A DNA stretch of 64,000 nt from contig OZ024741.1 in the NCBI GenBank assembly GCA_964016885.1, positions 296,794,001 to 296,858,000 on the forward strand, given 5' to 3'. Position 1 is the stretch's first letter, and each line of letters opens with the position of its first letter. This DNA comes from Eledone cirrhosa (Eukaryota). Shown in pieces: positions 59,918 to 64,000 of this stretch. Made by a program: the position numbers and the translations under genes. Below the pieces are notes generated by a model. That model saw nothing but the letters and a program-made list of their open reading frames with translations. It had not been told where the DNA came from and did no database searches.

Positions 59918-60959
59918 AGCTAAGCGAGAGATAGAGGGGAAGAAAGAGGGGGGGGGAGATATTGTGGCTGACCGCAGCCCCCTCGTGGAGAAGCAAGGAG
60001 GGTGAAGGGGTGGATCGGATTTTTGACTTTCAAGTAGCATACTATATATATTTAAAGTAATTTATAAGTAGAATGGGGAGGATTTTGTTTTTTTGTTTGA
60101 GAATACGATAGAATTAAGGAATTGGACGAAAACGATAGAATTAAGATAGAAGGTTATGAATGTTTAACAAGCGATTTAACAAAAAGCAAAACTGCAAGAT
60201 TTGTTCTGTTCAATACGACAAAAACACCGTATTTAAACCTTAAATAGATAACAAAAAAATACAGATTTCGGATTTTGCGAGATTGGATGTTTGTTTGGAC
60301 TATGTACGGAATTGAGCGTGGAAATGGAGAGAAGTATTGTACTTTACGATTTACAGGAGTCCATCATAGAAATAATTGAAGCAGCGGTGGATTGGCGAAG
60401 TGGATAAACATGAAGGAGAACTTATCTTATATATATATGTGTGTGTGTAGCTAAGCGAGAGATAGAGGGGAAGAAAGAGGGGGGGGGGAGATATTGTGGC
60501 TGACCGCAGCCCCCTCGTGGAGAAGCAAGGAGGGTGAAGGGGTGGATCGGATTTTTGACTTTCAAGTAGCATACTATATATATTTAAAGTAATTTATAAG
60601 TAGAATGGGGAGGATTTTGTTTTTTTGTTTGAGAATACGATAGAATTAAGGAATTGGACGAAAACGATAGAATTAAGATAGAAGGTTATGAATGTTTAAC
60701 AAGCGATTTAACAAAAAGCAAAACTGCAAGATTTGTTCTGTTCAATACGACAAAAACACCGTATTTAAACCTTAAATAGATAACAAAAAAATACAGATTT
60801 CGGATTTTGCGAGATTGGATGTTTGTTTGGACTATGTACGGAATTGAGCGTGGAAATGGAGAGAAGTATTGTACTTTACGATTTACAGGAGTCCATCATA
60901 GAAATAATTGAAGCAGCGGTGGATTGGCGAAGTGGATAAACATGAAGGAGAACTTATCT

Positions 60960-60992
<33 letters not shown>

Positions 60993-62033
60993 AGCTAAGC
61001 GAGAGATAGAGGGGAAGAAAGAGGGGGGGGGAGATATTGTGGCTGACCGCAGCCCCCTCGTGGAGAAGCAAGGAGGGTGAAGGGGTGGATCGGATTTTTG
61101 ACTTTCAAGTAGCATACTATATATATTTAAAGTAATTTATAAGTAGAATGGGGAGGATTTTGTTTTTTTGTTTGAGAATACGATAGAATTAAGGAATTGG
61201 ACGAAAACGATAGAATTAAGATAGAAGGTTATGAATGTTTAACAAGCGATTTAACAAAAAGCAAAACTGCAAGATTTGTTCTGTTCAATACGACAAAAAC
61301 ACCGTATTTAAACCTTAAATAGATAACAAAAAAATACAGATTTCGGATTTTGCGAGATTGGATGTTTGTTTGGACTATGTACGGAATTGAGCGTGGAAAT
61401 GGAGAGAAGTATTGTACTTTACGATTTACAGGAGTCCATCATAGAAATAATTGAAGCAGCGGTGGATTGGCGAAGTGGATAAACATGAAGGAGAACTTAT
61501 CTTATATATATATGTGTGTGTGTAGCTAAGCGAGAGATAGAGGGGAAGAAAGAGGGGGGGGGGGATATTGTGGCTGACCGCAGCCCCCTCGTGGAGAAGC
61601 AAGGAGGGTGAAGGGGTGGATCGGATTTTTGACTTTCAAGTAGCATACTATATATATTTAAAGTAATTTATAAGTAGAATGGGGAGGATTTTGTTTTTTT
61701 GTTTGAGAATACGATAGAATTAAGGAATTGGACGAAAACGATAGAATTAAGATAGAAGGTTATGAATGTTTAACAAGCGATTTAACAAAAAGCAAAACTG
61801 CAAGATTTGTTCTGTTCAATACGACAAAAACACCGTATTTAAACCTTAAATAGATAACAAAAAAATACAGATTTCGGATTTTGCGAGATTGGATGTTTGT
61901 TTGGACTATGTACGGAATTGAGCGTGGAAATGGAGAGAAGTATTGTACTTTACGATTTACAGGAGTCCATCATAGAAATAATTGAAGCAGCGGTGGATTG
62001 GCGAAGTGGATAAACATGAAGGAGAACTTATCT

Positions 62034-62066
<33 letters not shown>

Positions 62067-62575
62067 AGCTAAGCGAGAGATAGAGGGGAAGAAAGAGGGG
62101 GGGGAGATATTGTGGCTGACCGCAGCCCCCTCGTGGAGAAGCAAGGAGGGTGAAGGGGTGGATCGGATTTTTGACTTTCAAGTAGCATACTATATATATT
62201 TAAAGTAATTTATAAGTAGAATGGGGAGGATTTTGTTTTTTTGTTTGAGAATACGATAGAATTAAGGAATTGGACGAAAACGATAGAATTAAGATAGAAG
62301 GTTATGAATGTTTAACAAGCGATTTAACAAAAAGCAAAACTGCAAGATTTGTTCTGTTCAATACGACAAAAACACCGTATTTAAACCTTAAATAGATAAC
62401 AAAAAAATACAGATTTCGGATTTTGCGAGATTGGATGTTTGTTTGGACTATGTACGGAATTGAGCGTGGAAATGGAGAGAAGTATTGTACTTTACGATTT
62501 ACAGGAGTCCATCATAGAAATAATTGAAGCAGCGGTGGATTGGCGAAGTGGATAAACATGAAGGAGAACTTATCT

Positions 62576-62608
<33 letters not shown>

Positions 62609-63118
62609 AGCTAAGCGAGAGATAGAGGGGAAGAAAGAGGGGGGGGGAGATATTGTGGCTGACCGCAGCCCCCTCGTGGAGAAGCAAGGAGGGTGAAGGG
62701 GTGGATCGGATTTTTGACTTTCAAGTAGCATACTATATATATTTAAAGTAATTTATAAGTAGAATGGGGAGGATTTTGTTTTTTTGTTTGAGAATACGAT
62801 AGAATTAAGGAATTGGACGAAAACGATAGAATTAAGATAGAAGGTTATGAATGTTTAACAAGCGATTTAACAAAAAGCAAAACTGCAAGATTTGTTCTGT
62901 TCAATACGACAAAAACACCGTATTTAAACCTTAAATAGATAACAAAAAAATACAGATTTCGGATTTTGCGAGATTGGATGTTTGTTTGGACTATGTACGG
63001 AATTGAGCGTGGAAATGGAGAGAAGTATTGTACTTTACGATTTACAGGAGTCCATCATAGAAATAATTGAAGCAGCGGTGGATTGGCGAAGTGGATAAAC
63101 ATGAAGGAGAACTTATCT

Positions 63119-63151
<33 letters not shown>

Positions 63152-63482
63152 AGCTAAGCGAGAGATAGAGGGGAAGAAAGAGGGGGGGGATATTGTGGCT
63201 GACCGCAGCCCCCTCGTGGAGAAGCAAGGAGGGTGAAGGGGTGGATCGGATTTTTGACTTTCAAGTAGCATACTATATATATTTAAAGTAATTTATAAGT
63301 AGAATGGGGAGGATTTTGTTTTTTTGTTTGAGAATACGATAGAATTAAGGAATTGGACGAAAACGATAGAATTAAGATAGAAGGTTATGAATGTTTAACA
63401 AGCGATTTAACAAAAAGCAAAACTGCAAGATTTGTTCTGTTCAATACGACAAAAACACCGTATTTAAACCTTAAATAGATAA
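57972..63482. repeat. Tandem array of ~531-546 bp monomers: 10 full copies plus a ~100-bp partial
   Basis: Unit starts at 57972, 58516, 59062, 59606, 60149, 60681, 61224, 61755, 62297, 62840 and 63380; units differ almost only in (TG)n and G-run lengths. Confidence 0.98.
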
Positions 63483-63796
63483 ATATTTATTAAAATAACA
63501 GATTAAAGTTTAAGCAAAGAATCGCTGCTTTCACCCTTAACGGGATCTTCTGAAACTAACAAAGTCAATCTGTAAACGCAGAAGTGAATATTTCAAAAAA
63601 TGTTGCGACCGGAGGAAGACAGGAAGACGATACTTTGGTTCGTGGAAACGTTCCCTGGCAAAGATCGGGAAAAAACGAATATAATACATCATTATTGCTC
63701 TACGGTTCTTATATATTAGATATATATTTATCCTTATCGAGCCCTCTTTGGATTTTAGTCTTCAAATTTATTATTATTACTATATATATAAATATA

Positions 63797-64000
63797 GAGG
63801 CCTGGAAATGTCATTATGAGAGACTGATGAATGTGGAGAACGAATGGGAGAGAGAGAAATTACCCTTAGTATATCCGACAGAGGGAGCAGCTATTGAGAT
63901 TGACGAATATAGGGTCCAAGAGGCGATTAGAGAAAGGAAAAATGGTAAGGCTGCTGGACCATCGGGAATAGTTGCTGAGATGCTGAAGGCATCATGGGAC
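63797..64000 (+). mobile_element. 5'-truncated RTE LINE (older subfamily), continues past the window end
   Basis: [22 protein letters not shown]...[17 protein letters not shown], similar to 4250-4972; begins after (TA)n. Confidence 0.9.

Noticed and set aside
58174-63227. Repeated 61-77 aa ORFs in the 540-bp monomers
   Set aside because: They cross (TG)n and G-runs whose length changes shift the frame between copies; no domain signature
57972-63482. Tandem 5S rRNA, snRNA or histone gene array
   Set aside because: No recognisable 5S, U-snRNA, tRNA or histone sequence in the monomer by eye; an Rfam/Infernal search would be needed to exclude this fully

Overview
Repeat-dense eukaryotic genomic DNA; the SINE and LINE types point to an octopod cephalopod (inference). 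The window lies inside one + strand integrin beta gene. Fourteen small GT-AG exons (2693-52611) splice with consistent phases into ~506 codons covering most of the beta-I domain, the hybrid domain, I-EGF1-4 and the start of the beta-tail. The MIDAS DxSxS exon and the TM/cytoplasmic exons lie outside the window. The beta-I domain has unusual substitutions at metal-site residues. The introns contain: a complete but disabled CsRn1-like Gypsy element (450-bp LTRs, tRNA-Trp PBS, GGGA TSD); seven RTE LINE copies, one with an intact ~1.09k-aa ORF that has a PHD finger inside the RT and is preceded by ten nearly identical ~540-bp tandem monomers; a ~9.9-kb 42-bp satellite with a 3.8-kb higher-order duplication; many tRNA-derived SINEs; fragments of R4/Dong, CRE, L1/Tx1 and Penelope-like elements (one with a degenerate hammerhead core); piggyBac-like MITEs; a Helitron-like element; and a 50-bp hairpin covering a splice donor. 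Most ORFs in the supplied track are artefacts of microsatellites, satellites or antisense TE frames.
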